A program made the translations under genes and the position numbers. Positions 24,860-33,222 of a stretch of DNA of 36,532 nt are shown one piece after another; the first letter of the stretch is position 1; each line of letters opens with the position of its first letter. The stretch spans positions 1 to 36,532 of the forward strand of contig JAPSGB010000043.1 of assembly GCA_035063585.1 (NCBI GenBank), read 5' to 3'. The notes under the pieces were generated by a model. It was not told the origin of the DNA. It worked only from the letters and a program-made list of their open reading frames with translations, and did no database searches. Source of the DNA: Polyangiaceae bacterium. GTDB taxonomy: Bacteria; Myxococcota_A; Polyangia; Polyangiales; Polyangiaceae.

Positions 24860-25816
24860 TCAGGGGCGGACGACGCGCACGTCCGGTGAGCCGGGCTCGC
24901 GCGCGAGCCGATACGGCGCGCTCGGGGTCGCCCGGAGCGCAGACGGCTCGCCGAGCACCTCGACCGCCTTGCCCGAGCCGTCCAGCCGCACCGCGATGGG
25001 CGCGGGACACTCGAGCGGCGTCCCCGGCGCGACGCGCGCCACGCCGCGCTCCACCGGGACCGCCGCGAGCGGCGCCTCCTGGTCGAGCTCATCGATGCTG
25101 AGCCCGTCGGTGACGCGGCGGAACGCGAGCGCGGCGAACACCCCGCGCACGTCGACCGCGAGGATGACGCCGCCGGCGCCGAGCGCCTCGAGATCTCGCG
25201 CGCTCGCCCCCGTCTCGGCCCACGGGACCTCGACCAGCGCGCCGCCGTCGACGACGCGCGAGCTGGCCGGGTGATCGAGCTCGCGCGCCGGCTTGAGATC
25301 CGACGGCGTCACTAGGCCGCCCTCGCTCGCGCCGGCCACGTGCAGCACCGCGCGGACCACCGGGGGCTCCGTCATGGCCGCCGCGCCGACCGCGCGGATG
25401 CGCCGATAGAGCGCGACGCGCGCCTCCGCGCCGCTGCGCTCGGCGCGGACGATGGCGGACCTCAGCACCGAGCCGGGCGACTGACCGTCGTAGGCGAGCG
25501 CGACCATGAGCGCATCGACCGATGCGGGCACGGCGAGCCGGGCGGCGTCCGGGATCGTCTCCGTCCGTGTGAATCCGCGCGGGCGCTTCGCGCCGAGCCC
25601 GGGCTGGCGCAGTCGCCCATCGAAGGCGCGCGCGCCGACCCCGACGCCCACCGTGAGGAGCGACACCGGCCCGAAGAGCACGCCCGCGTAGGCGCCCGCC
25701 GCCGCGAAGAAGCCCGCGGTGACCGCCCCGAGCGCAGAGCCTCCCGCCGCGAGGAATTCCTGCGCGGACTCCTCGGCGAGCTGATCGCTCGCGATGACCG
25801 CCGCGCGCGCTCTCAC
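24860..25816 (-). CDS. Divergent, shortened gamma-glutamyltranspeptidase-like protein lacking the catalytic Thr
   Basis: LAAGGSALGAV, AFDGRLRQP, LAVPASV, GGLVTPSDL, LAVDVRG and VAPGTPL align by eye, in order, with GGT motifs. Confidence 0.7.
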   Translation of the reverse strand: MRARAAVIASDQLAEESAQEFLAAGGSALGAVTAGFFAAAGAYAGVLFGPVSLLTVGVGVGARAFDGRLRQPGLGAKRPRGFTRTETIPDAARLAVPASVDALMVALAYDGQSPGSVLRSAIVRAERSGAEARVALYRRIRAVGAAAMTEPPVVRAVLHVAGASEGGLVTPSDLKPARELDHPASSRVVDGGALVEVPWAETGASARDLEALGAGGVILAVDVRGVFAALAFRRVTDGLSIDELDQEAPLAAVPVERGVARVAPGTPLECPAPIAVRLDGSGKAVEVLGEPSALRATPSAPYRLAREPGSPDVRVVRP

Positions 25817-26496
25817 GGCCGAGCCTCCGGCTCGGCCCCGGTGTCCGGTGCCCGCTCGCGGTCGTCGTCGACGAGCTCGCGCAGCATGCGGGCGGCGCGC
25901 ACCGCCCCGCCGCCGTCCACCACCACGTACGCCTCGTCGCGATCGGCGAGCAGCTCGGCGGCCCGCTCGACGGCCCCTGCGCGCACGCTCCCGCCATCGC
26001 CGAGGCCGCGCAGGCGCGTGTAGACGACCGCCTCGTCGGGCGGCTCACTGCGCCCGAGATCGCGGACCAAGGCGACGCCGAGCTCGTCGGAGACGGCCGC
26101 CGCCTCGTCGTCGAGCCACACGCCCCGGGGAGCCCAGGCCACGCGCCACCGCTCGAGCAGCGGCTCCGTGAGCTCGGCGAGCCTCCGCTTGTGGCGCGCG
26201 GCCGGCGTCACCGACGCCGGCGTGTCGAGCACGAGCCAACCGGCCTGGAGCGACTCGGCGGCGCGGAGCGCGCGCGCGAGCGCTTCGTCGCTCCCCGGCG
26301 CCGCGTCGAGCGCCGCCACCGCGCGCGGCAGCCGCAGGCTGAACACGAACGACTCGGGGACGCGCGCGCGCCACTCGGCGAGCCGCGCCGCGCGCGGCAA
26401 GCGTCCCGGCTCGCTCGACAGCTCGAGGAGATCGAACACGCGCGCGTAGCGCGCGATGTCACCGCGGAGCGCGGCCTGGCCGACTCTTAGGATCAT
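25813..26496 (-). CDS. DUF72 domain-containing protein
   Basis: ARYARVFDLLEL, EWRARVPESFVFSLRLPR, LVLDTPAS, YTRLRG; start placed at ATG 26496. Confidence 0.82.
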   Translation of the reverse strand: MILRVGQAALRGDIARYARVFDLLELSSEPGRLPRAARLAEWRARVPESFVFSLRLPRAVAALDAAPGSDEALARALRAAESLQAGWLVLDTPASVTPAARHKRRLAELTEPLLERWRVAWAPRGVWLDDEAAAVSDELGVALVRDLGRSEPPDEAVVYTRLRGLGDGGSVRAGAVERAAELLADRDEAYVVVDGGGAVRAARMLRELVDDDRERAPDTGAEPEARP

Positions 26497-26643
26497 GGGC
26501 GACCGGGGTTCTGCCAAAGGCGGCGCGCGCGCGCCAGTCGTTTCCGTGCCCGAGCGTTCGGACGCGCCAGGAACCCCGGTGCCCGGTCGCCGCCGCGCCT
26601 CGCGGGCAGCCGCGGCGAGCGCCCGGAGGGCCGCCTTTGCGGC

Positions 26644-27153
26644 TCACTGCTTCGTGTAGATGTCCAGCGACTGGTCGGCGGCGTCGAAGATCTGAAGCTC
26701 GGTGGCGGTCGCCGAGTACGTGAATTGCTGACTGGTGACGCCGGGGCAGTCGATGGCCAGCGACAGCTGGTTGCCGGTCAAGGTGGCCGTCGCGCTGATG
26801 TGCTGATCGGGACCGCTGTCCGTGCGCGCCACGAGCTCGACCTTGCTGCCGCTGATCATGAGCTTCTGCCGCGAGGTGCACCCGCAGCTTCCCTCCCAGT
26901 CCTGGCGCGTCGTGAGCACGTAGGTGCCGTCGGCGACGCTGCCGCCGGTGAGGGTCGGGAGCGCGCCCGTCTGAGACGTCTCGGGGATGTCGGCGCCGTC
27001 GTTGACGAGCGCGTTGCAGTCGCCCGCTCCGCTCGTGCCGCCACTGCCTGCACCGCCGCCGCTGCCCGCAGCGCCGCCCGGGCTACCGTCGTCCCCACCG
27101 CACGCCGTCAGTGAAACCAACCCAGCGACCACCAACAAGAACAGAGATCTCAT
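26644..27153 (-). CDS. Hypothetical lipoprotein
   Basis: MRSLFLLVVAGLVSLTAC lipobox, Gly/Ser linker, beta-rich domain (TGGSVADGTYVLT). Confidence 0.85.
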   Translation of the reverse strand: MRSLFLLVVAGLVSLTACGGDDGSPGGAAGSGGGAGSGGTSGAGDCNALVNDGADIPETSQTGALPTLTGGSVADGTYVLTTRQDWEGSCGCTSRQKLMISGSKVELVARTDSGPDQHISATATLTGNQLSLAIDCPGVTSQQFTYSATATELQIFDAADQSLDIYTKQ

Positions 27154-27227
27154 CTTCCCAAGATAACCCGGAGCTCGCCCGCTTCCGATGAAAAGGACGG
27201 TTCTCGCTCTTTCTTGGTTCGGCTGGC

Positions 27228-28118
27228 TCACGCGGCCGGCGGAGCGAAGTCGAACCACTGGGTCGGGTTCGCCCGGATGAACCGCTCCATGAGCGCCGCC
27301 ACGCGCTCAGCCGCGCCGCGAAGCGCCTCGGCGTCCGCGCGGCGCGGGAGCTCGAGCGGCTCGCCCACCTCGAGCTCGTAGTCGAAGAAGCCGGCGCGAC
27401 GGGCGAAGAGCGGCACGAGCGGCGCGCCCGCGAGCGCCGCGAGCCGAAACGGTCCTTCCGGGATACGGGCGGGCTCGCCGAACAGCTCGACCTCGAGCGC
27501 GCGCTGCCCGCGCGGGAGCCGGTCGAGTTGGATCGCCACTACGCCCCCCTCACGCAGGTGCGCGAGCAGCGGCAGCGCGTCGGTCGGTCGGTCCCCGACG
27601 TGCACGATCCGCACGCCGGCGCCCTCGCGCACCGCGTCGTGGACGCGGCGCGCGGCGGCGCTGCGCTCGGGGCGCATCACGACCATCACGCGCGCGCTCG
27701 TGTCGGCCGCGAGCAGCCGCGCAGCGGCGTCCCATGCGCCCACATGCGCCGTCACGACCACGGCGCCGCCTCGCTCGAGCGCGCGGGTGAGCCGCTCCTT
27801 GCCGAGCACCCGGCGGCGGGCCTGCTCCGCCTCGGGGCGTCCGGCCGCGAGCGCCTCGGTCAAGCAGCAGGCGTACTCGACGAAGGTGCGAAAGACATCG
27901 AGCGTCTCGCGCGCTGCGGGCCGCTCCCCGAGCACTCGGCGGAGGTTACTTCGGACCCGGCCGCGCTGCGCCGGCAGGAGCAGCGCGAACAGCACGCCGA
28001 ACGCGGGCGGCGCGACGCGCACGAACGCCGCCGGCCCGCGACGCGAGCCGGCGAGCGCCATCCGGCGCAGGAGCGCGCCATCCGGCGCCAGCCACTCGAA
28101 CGCGGAGCGGAGCCTCAT
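27228..28118 (-). CDS. Lysophospholipid acyltransferase family protein (lipid A lauroyltransferase / PatA-like)
   Basis: VRSNLRRVLG, TAHVGAWD (HxxxxD), AIQLDR, VELFGEPARIPEGPFRLA, IRANPTQWF; start placed at ATG 28118. Confidence 0.88.
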   Translation of the reverse strand: MRLRSAFEWLAPDGALLRRMALAGSRRGPAAFVRVAPPAFGVLFALLLPAQRGRVRSNLRRVLGERPAARETLDVFRTFVEYACCLTEALAAGRPEAEQARRRVLGKERLTRALERGGAVVVTAHVGAWDAAARLLAADTSARVMVVMRPERSAAARRVHDAVREGAGVRIVHVGDRPTDALPLLAHLREGGVVAIQLDRLPRGQRALEVELFGEPARIPEGPFRLAALAGAPLVPLFARRAGFFDYELEVGEPLELPRRADAEALRGAAERVAALMERFIRANPTQWFDFAPPAA

Positions 28119-28458
28119 CTGGCGCACCGACGGGAGCTTCCGCCGGAGCGCTCGGGGTCGCCTCGCTCCTCGGCGGTGAGCGCCGCATTCCCCGGGGCGC
28201 GCGCCGCGGCGGCGGTGCGCCAGGTCGAGAAGTGACGGTTCGCGACGTTCATGCGGGCCCTTCCCAGGTGCGTCGATGCGAATCTGCCATCGGCGCGACC
28301 GCTCGACCACCCGGAGCGCGCGCGAAATCGCATGCGCGCCGGGCAATTCTTGGCTAGTTTACCCGAGCCCGGCTGCGCGGAGCGCCCGCGGACTCCACTC
28401 CCGGATGAGCCCCGGAGTCCGCGCGAGCCCGGCAACCGCGCCCCTTCCAGAAATATTG

Positions 28459-29676
28459 ATGAGGTCGTCGATGATTCGCTCGCTTGGCTCGTGGAAGCTT
28501 GGATTGATGATGGCCGCGCTCGCCGTGGCTGCCTGCTCCCCTTCGAAGACGGCCGACAAGGGCGGCTCGGACGGCGGCTCGGGCGGTTCGGCCGGCGGCG
28601 AGAGCTGCACGAACGGCCAGACCACCGCCGGCGCCTGCGAGCGAACCTTCCGGACCAGCAACGACGCCTTCTGTCACGGCGGTGACGGCGAGGGTTGCTC
28701 CGTCGAACCGAACTGCGGCCCGAGCGGCTCGCGCCCCATCGACTCCTGCTGCGTGCTGGTCGCAGCGCCGGGCAAGGGCCCGAACAAGACGCTCGCCCGC
28801 ACCACCGACACCCGAAAGTACGCCTCACCGAGCGGAGGAGAGCCGGATCTCTCCTGCTTCGAGGCCGGGCACTACCCGGTCCTGTCGAACGACACCTCGC
28901 CGGTGACGATGAAGGGGCGGCTCATCGCGTTCGCGAGCGGGTGCGACCTCGTGGGCGTCAAGATCGAGGTCTTCAAGGTGAGGCGCACCGGCGTCCCCGA
29001 GACGGACGGCGAGCTCGGTGAGCTCGTCGGTTCGCCCGTCATCACCACGGACGCCAACGAGATCGAGCTCGAGGACGTCGAGAAGTGCCAGGATCCGCGC
29101 AAGGATCGCCTCTACGAGTACCCCGGCGTGCCGAAGAACACCGAGCTGGTCGTGAAGACGAGCGCCGCCTCGGCGTCGGACGGCTGGTCGCCCTTCTACA
29201 CCTACAACCTCTACATCACGGACGACGATCCCGATCTCTCCGGCGACGTCTACACCCGCGAGCTCGAGGCGATGGCGAACGACGACTTCGGCACCATCCC
29301 GAGCGCCGCCATCGGCCGCACCATCACCGCCGGCAACGGCGCGATCGGCGGTGAGGTCCACGACTGCCGCAACGTCCGCCTCCAGAACGCCATGGTCGAC
29401 GTCTCGGTCAGCCGGGTCGGCCTCGTCTATTTCAACGAGAGCGAAGACAACCCGTTCCCGGACGTCACCCGCACCCAGCTCGGCACCGGCCGCACGGGCC
29501 TGTATGCCGCGCTCGACGTGAAACCAGGTCCGGTACGCGTCGCGGCGACCGGGCTCGTCCCCGACGGCAACGGGTGCAATCGCCTCGTGAGCCTCGGCTA
29601 CTATGACATCCGGGTGTTTCCCGACGGGGTGACCAGCGTCTCGATGCGCGGCCTGCGCGCGTTCCAGGCTCCGTGA
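28459..29676 (+). CDS. Cys-rich hypothetical lipoprotein with a possible carboxypeptidase-regulatory-like C-terminal domain
   Basis: LAVAAC lipobox, Gly-rich linker, many Cys, GEVHDC...NAMVDV...TGRTGLYAALDVKPG; start 28459 or 28471. Confidence 0.8.
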   Translation: MRSSMIRSLGSWKLGLMMAALAVAACSPSKTADKGGSDGGSGGSAGGESCTNGQTTAGACERTFRTSNDAFCHGGDGEGCSVEPNCGPSGSRPIDSCCVLVAAPGKGPNKTLARTTDTRKYASPSGGEPDLSCFEAGHYPVLSNDTSPVTMKGRLIAFASGCDLVGVKIEVFKVRRTGVPETDGELGELVGSPVITTDANEIELEDVEKCQDPRKDRLYEYPGVPKNTELVVKTSAASASDGWSPFYTYNLYITDDDPDLSGDVYTRELEAMANDDFGTIPSAAIGRTITAGNGAIGGEVHDCRNVRLQNAMVDVSVSRVGLVYFNESEDNPFPDVTRTQLGTGRTGLYAALDVKPGPVRVAATGLVPDGNGCNRLVSLGYYDIRVFPDGVTSVSMRGLRAFQAP

Positions 29677-30446
29677 CGGCTCCGCTCGCGGGTGAGCTCC
29701 CCGCGAGTCTTCTCGGAGGCGAGGTCACCCGCGACGCGCTGCTCGCTGGCCGCGTGATCCTGCTTCAGCCCGCGCGCGGCTACCGCGTGAACATCGACGC
29801 GCTCCTGCTCGCGGCCTTCGCGGCCGAGGGCCGGCGCCCGTCCCGAGTGGTGGATCTCGGGGCTGGTGTCGGCGCGGTATCGCTCGTGTTCGCCGCGCTC
29901 TCGGGCGGGGCGCGTTTCGATCTCGTCGAGCCCTACGGCGAGCTCGCCGCGCTCGCGCGCGCGAACCTCGCGCTCGCCGGGCTCGAAGGCGAGGTCCACG
30001 AGCTCACGCTCGGCCCGGGCGCGCGGCTCGACCGGCTGGTGGGCGCCGAGCTCGTCGTCTCGAACCCGCCCTTCTTCGACGCCGGCACGACCCGCCCGGC
30101 GCGTGATCCGCGCGTGCGGGCCGCGCGCGAAGGCGCCCTCGCGCCCTTCGTCGGCGCGGCCCGCAGGCTGCTCACGAGCCCGCGGAGCCGCGCCGTGTTC
30201 GCCTACCCGGCGCGCTCCTCCGCCGCCGTGTTCGAGTCAGCGGCGCGGGAAGGGCTGGTCGTCAAGCGACTGCGCCTGGTCCACGCGGATCGCGAGAGCC
30301 CGGCGCGGCTCGCGCTCGTCGAGCTCCGCCGCGGGCGCCCCGGCGGGCTCGTGATCGAGCCGCCCCTCTACGAGTGGTCGGCGCCTGGCGTGCGGAGCGC
30401 GGAGCTCGCCGAGCTCACGGGCGACCGAGCAGCCGATCGAGCGTGA
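29673..30446 (+). CDS. tRNA1(Val) A37 N6-methyltransferase (TrmN6/YfiC-like)
   Basis: QPARGYRVNIDALLLAAF, VVDLGAGVG, VSNPPFF, KRLRLVH, LALVEL. Confidence 0.85.
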   Translation: MTAPLAGELPASLLGGEVTRDALLAGRVILLQPARGYRVNIDALLLAAFAAEGRRPSRVVDLGAGVGAVSLVFAALSGGARFDLVEPYGELAALARANLALAGLEGEVHELTLGPGARLDRLVGAELVVSNPPFFDAGTTRPARDPRVRAAREGALAPFVGAARRLLTSPRSRAVFAYPARSSAAVFESAAREGLVVKRLRLVHADRESPARLALVELRRGRPGGLVIEPPLYEWSAPGVRSAELAELTGDRAADRA

Positions 30447-30969
30447 TCGCGGCGGCCGCGCGCACGCTGAGGTGGTTATACCCATCGGCCCGCCGTGACG
30501 CGATCGGCTCGAGCCGGAGCGTGGCCGCCGCCATCACCGAGTCGGCGAGCCCCCACCCGGTCCCGAACACGAGGAGCACCGGCGCGCCGTCCTCCGCGAG
30601 GCGCGCCTTCGCCGCCTCGTGAGTGACCACGCCCTCACCGCGCGCCGCGCTGGTCGTCCAGAGCTCGGGCGCGCCGCCGAGCGCGCGCCGCGCGTCTTCC
30701 AAGGTCGGCACGATCCGAAGCCGCTCCATGGCCGGCACCCGATCGGGGATGCGCCGCGCCCCGGAGCCCTCGAGCCAGTGCGATTTCACGCGCTCGGCCA
30801 GCTCGCGCTGCGCCTCCACCGGGTGCACGATGAAGTAGTCGCTGAGCCCGTAAGTGTGCGCGCTCCGCGCTATGTCGTGGAGATCGAGGTTCGTGATCGC
30901 GGTGGTGACCACTTTGCGCTCGCGATCGAGCACCGGGTAGTGCACGAGCGCCACCGTCACCCGTCTCAC
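30415..30969 (-). CDS. SPOUT RNA methyltransferase (DUF2168, TrmD-associated)
   Basis: ALVHYPV, TTAITNLDLHDIARSAHTYG, LLVFGTGWGL, YNHLSVRAAAAITLDRL; GTGA overlap with trmD. Confidence 0.92.
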   Translation of the reverse strand: MRRVTVALVHYPVLDRERKVVTTAITNLDLHDIARSAHTYGLSDYFIVHPVEAQRELAERVKSHWLEGSGARRIPDRVPAMERLRIVPTLEDARRALGGAPELWTTSAARGEGVVTHEAAKARLAEDGAPVLLVFGTGWGLADSVMAAATLRLEPIASRRADGYNHLSVRAAAAITLDRLLGRP

Positions 30970-31670
30970 GAGCGCCTCCGGCCACGGTCGCCGACGAGGT
31001 CCGGGCGGCGCGCGCGGGTGCGCGCCTCGGCCTGCTCCAGCCTCCACGCGCGGATCTTCGCGTGGTCACCGCTCTTCAGCACCTCCGGCACGCCGAGCCC
31101 CTGGTACTCGACGGGGCGCGTGTATTGCGGATACTCGAGCAGGCCGCCGAGCGCCTCGCTGAAGGACTCCTCGCGCGGGGAGTCGGCGTTGCCGAGCACA
31201 CCCGGCAGCAGCCGGACGACCGCCTCGATCATGGCCATCGCGGCGACCTCTCCGCCGGTCATCACGAAGTCTCCGAGCGAGAGCTCCTGGTCGACGCTCG
31301 CGCGGACCCGCTCGTCGAAGCCCTCGTAGCGCCCGCAGACGAAGAGCAGCGACTCGCGCGCGGCGAGCGCCTCGGCGCACCGTTGGTCGAACGAGCTGCC
31401 TTGCGGGGTGAGCAGCACTCGGTGCGCGCGCCCGCCGAGCGCGCGCTCGGCGCTCTCGATCGCCCGGTGCACGCAGTCGACCCGCATCACCATGCCCGAA
31501 CCGCCGCCGTACGGCGTGTCATCCACCGAGAGGTGCTTGCCGAGCCCGTGCTCGCGGAGCGGCTCGAGGTGAACCTCGAGCGCCCCGCCGCTCCGCGCCC
31601 GCCCGACGAAGCTCGTCTCCACGAACGGCGCGAAGAGCTCCGGAAACAGGGTGACGACCGCGACCTTCAC
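30966..31670 (-). CDS. trmD: tRNA (guanine37-N1)-methyltransferase
   Basis: TLFPELF, VDDTPYGGGSGMVM, CGRYEGFDER, SLGDFVMTGGE, LLEYPQYTRP. Confidence 0.97.
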   Translation of the reverse strand: MKVAVVTLFPELFAPFVETSFVGRARSGGALEVHLEPLREHGLGKHLSVDDTPYGGGSGMVMRVDCVHRAIESAERALGGRAHRVLLTPQGSSFDQRCAEALAARESLLFVCGRYEGFDERVRASVDQELSLGDFVMTGGEVAAMAMIEAVVRLLPGVLGNADSPREESFSEALGGLLEYPQYTRPVEYQGLGVPEVLKSGDHAKIRAWRLEQAEARTRARRPDLVGDRGRRRS

Positions 31671-31679
31671 GCCCGAACC

Positions 31680-32186
31680 CTACGCGAAGAGGCCGTCCAG
31701 GCTCACGAGCACGACCCGCCGCGCTCGTACGTCGACGCTCTCGAGCCAGGGCTCGACCAGCGGCTGCTCCACCAACTCGCCCGCGGGGGTCCGGATCACC
31801 GCCGAGTCGAGGCTCGGGTGCGCGCGGACCTCGACGATCTCTCCCACCTCCCCGGCCGGCCCGAACACGCGCGCTCCCACGAGCTCCGAGAGGAAATACT
31901 CCCCTTCGGCGAGCTCTCCGAGCGCGGCGCGCTCCACGAGCACCAGCGCTCCGGCGAGCGCCTCGGCCGCGTCGCGATCGCCGACTCCGCCGAGCGCGAC
32001 GATCCACCCCTTGCCCGCACGCCGCGCCGATTCGAGCTCGAGCCGCTTCCGCGCCGAACCGGCAACCTGAAGCTCCACCCAGCGCACGCGCGCGAGCGCG
32101 TCGCTCCCCTCCCAGAACGGACGGATCTTGAGCTCGCCGCGGAGCCCGTGCGGCCGCGTCACGCGACCGAGCTCGATGGTGGTCAA
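31680..32186 (-). CDS. rimM: Ribosome maturation factor RimM
   Basis: GRVTRPHGLRGELK, DRDAAEALAG, EGEYFLSELVG; conserved operon position. Confidence 0.94.
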   Translation of the reverse strand: MTTIELGRVTRPHGLRGELKIRPFWEGSDALARVRWVELQVAGSARKRLELESARRAGKGWIVALGGVGDRDAAEALAGALVLVERAALGELAEGEYFLSELVGARVFGPAGEVGEIVEVRAHPSLDSAVIRTPAGELVEQPLVEPWLESVDVRARRVVLVSLDGLFA

Positions 32187-32419
32187 TCCACGATGTCGAG
32201 GTGCGCGCGACGCCCGAGCTTGGTCGACGCGGCGGTGAGGATCGTCCGCATCGACTGCGCGGTGCGGCCATCCTTCCCGATGACCTTGCCGATGTCGCTC
32301 TGGGCGACCTTCAGCTCGATGAGCGAATTGTGATCGCCCTCGATCTCGGTCACCTCGACCGCCTCGGGGTCATCGACGAGTGCCTGGGCGATGGTCGCGA
32401 TCAGTTCCTTGAGAGCCAT
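32183..32419 (-). CDS. khpA: KH domain RNA-binding protein KhpA
   Basis: ALVDDPEAVEV, DIGKVIGKDGRTAQSMRTIL; lies between rpsP and rimM. Confidence 0.95.
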   Translation of the reverse strand: MALKELIATIAQALVDDPEAVEVTEIEGDHNSLIELKVAQSDIGKVIGKDGRTAQSMRTILTAASTKLGRRAHLDIVD

Positions 32420-32514
32420 GAGAGGGACAACTCCGGGGTCGCTGGCGCTGAACGTGTTGGAGCCGGGGAGCTCGAGGTCGGCATGAAGAGCGGCAGCCGC
32501 TCGCGCCTCCGAGC

Positions 32515-32772
32515 TCAGCCCTGCGCGCCGCTCGCCGCGGCGCTCTGCTTGATGAGCCGCGCGACGGTCGCCGACGGCTGCGCGCCCTGCTTGGACCAGT
32601 ACTCGAGCCGCGAGTGGTCGAGCTCGAGCTTCACGGGCTCCGCGATCGGGTCGAAGACGCCGACGTTCTCGATGAAGCGCCCGTCGCGGGGGTTGCGTTG
32701 GTCAGTCACCACGACGCGATAAAACGGCGCCTTCTTCGAGCCATGGCGGGTAAGGCGGATGTGGACGGCCAT
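32515..32772 (-). CDS. rpsP: 30S ribosomal protein S16
   Basis: [50 protein letters not shown]. Confidence 0.97.
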   Translation of the reverse strand: MAVHIRLTRHGSKKAPFYRVVVTDQRNPRDGRFIENVGVFDPIAEPVKLELDHSRLEYWSKQGAQPSATVARLIKQSAAASGAQG

Positions 32773-32880
32773 CTGGGATCCTCTGTCTTGGTCTCTCTCG
32801 GCCGCGAAGGCCGCTCTCGAAAACGCTAGCACCGGCTGATCGCGGCGCCAGCGCCCGCCCCGGGCGGGCGAGGAGCCGGG

Positions 32881-32924
32881 AAGCTAGAGGAAGGTTGTCA
32901 GAGAGGTCAAGCGGCGTGTAGCGT
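32881..32924. promoter_or_regulatory. Overlapping divergent sigma70-type promoters (rpsP operon and NifU-like gene)
   Basis: Minus strand TTGACC(32910-32905)-N18-TAGCTT(32886-32881); plus strand TTGTCA(32895-32900)-N18-TAGCGT(32919-32924). Confidence 0.5.
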
Positions 32925-32934
32925 TCGGGTCCGA

Positions 32935-33216
32935 ATGTCGTCCCCTGCCGACCCGGTCCTCCAGGTGATCCACGAGGTCCTCGGCCCGCTGGTTCGCGCA
33001 GACGGCGGAGAGCTCTACCTCGTCCGCGCAGACGCGGAGGAGGTGGCGCTCCACCTCGCGGGTCGCTTCGCCGGCTGTCCCGGCAACACGCTCGCCACCC
33101 GCCGCGTCATCGAGCCTGCGCTCCAGTCCGCGGCGCCCTGCGCGCGCATCGTCATCACCTCGGGCGCGATCCTCCCGCCCGGCGCGCGACGCGTCGACCC
33201 GGACGCGCCGCGCTGA
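32935..33216 (+). CDS. NifU/NfuA C-terminal domain protein with degenerate CxxC
   Basis: VLGPLVRADGGELYLV...LAGRFAGCPG...VIEPAL matches the NifU domain pattern. Confidence 0.85.
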   Translation: MSSPADPVLQVIHEVLGPLVRADGGELYLVRADAEEVALHLAGRFAGCPGNTLATRRVIEPALQSAAPCARIVITSGAILPPGARRVDPDAPR

Positions 33217-33222
33217 GCGCGG

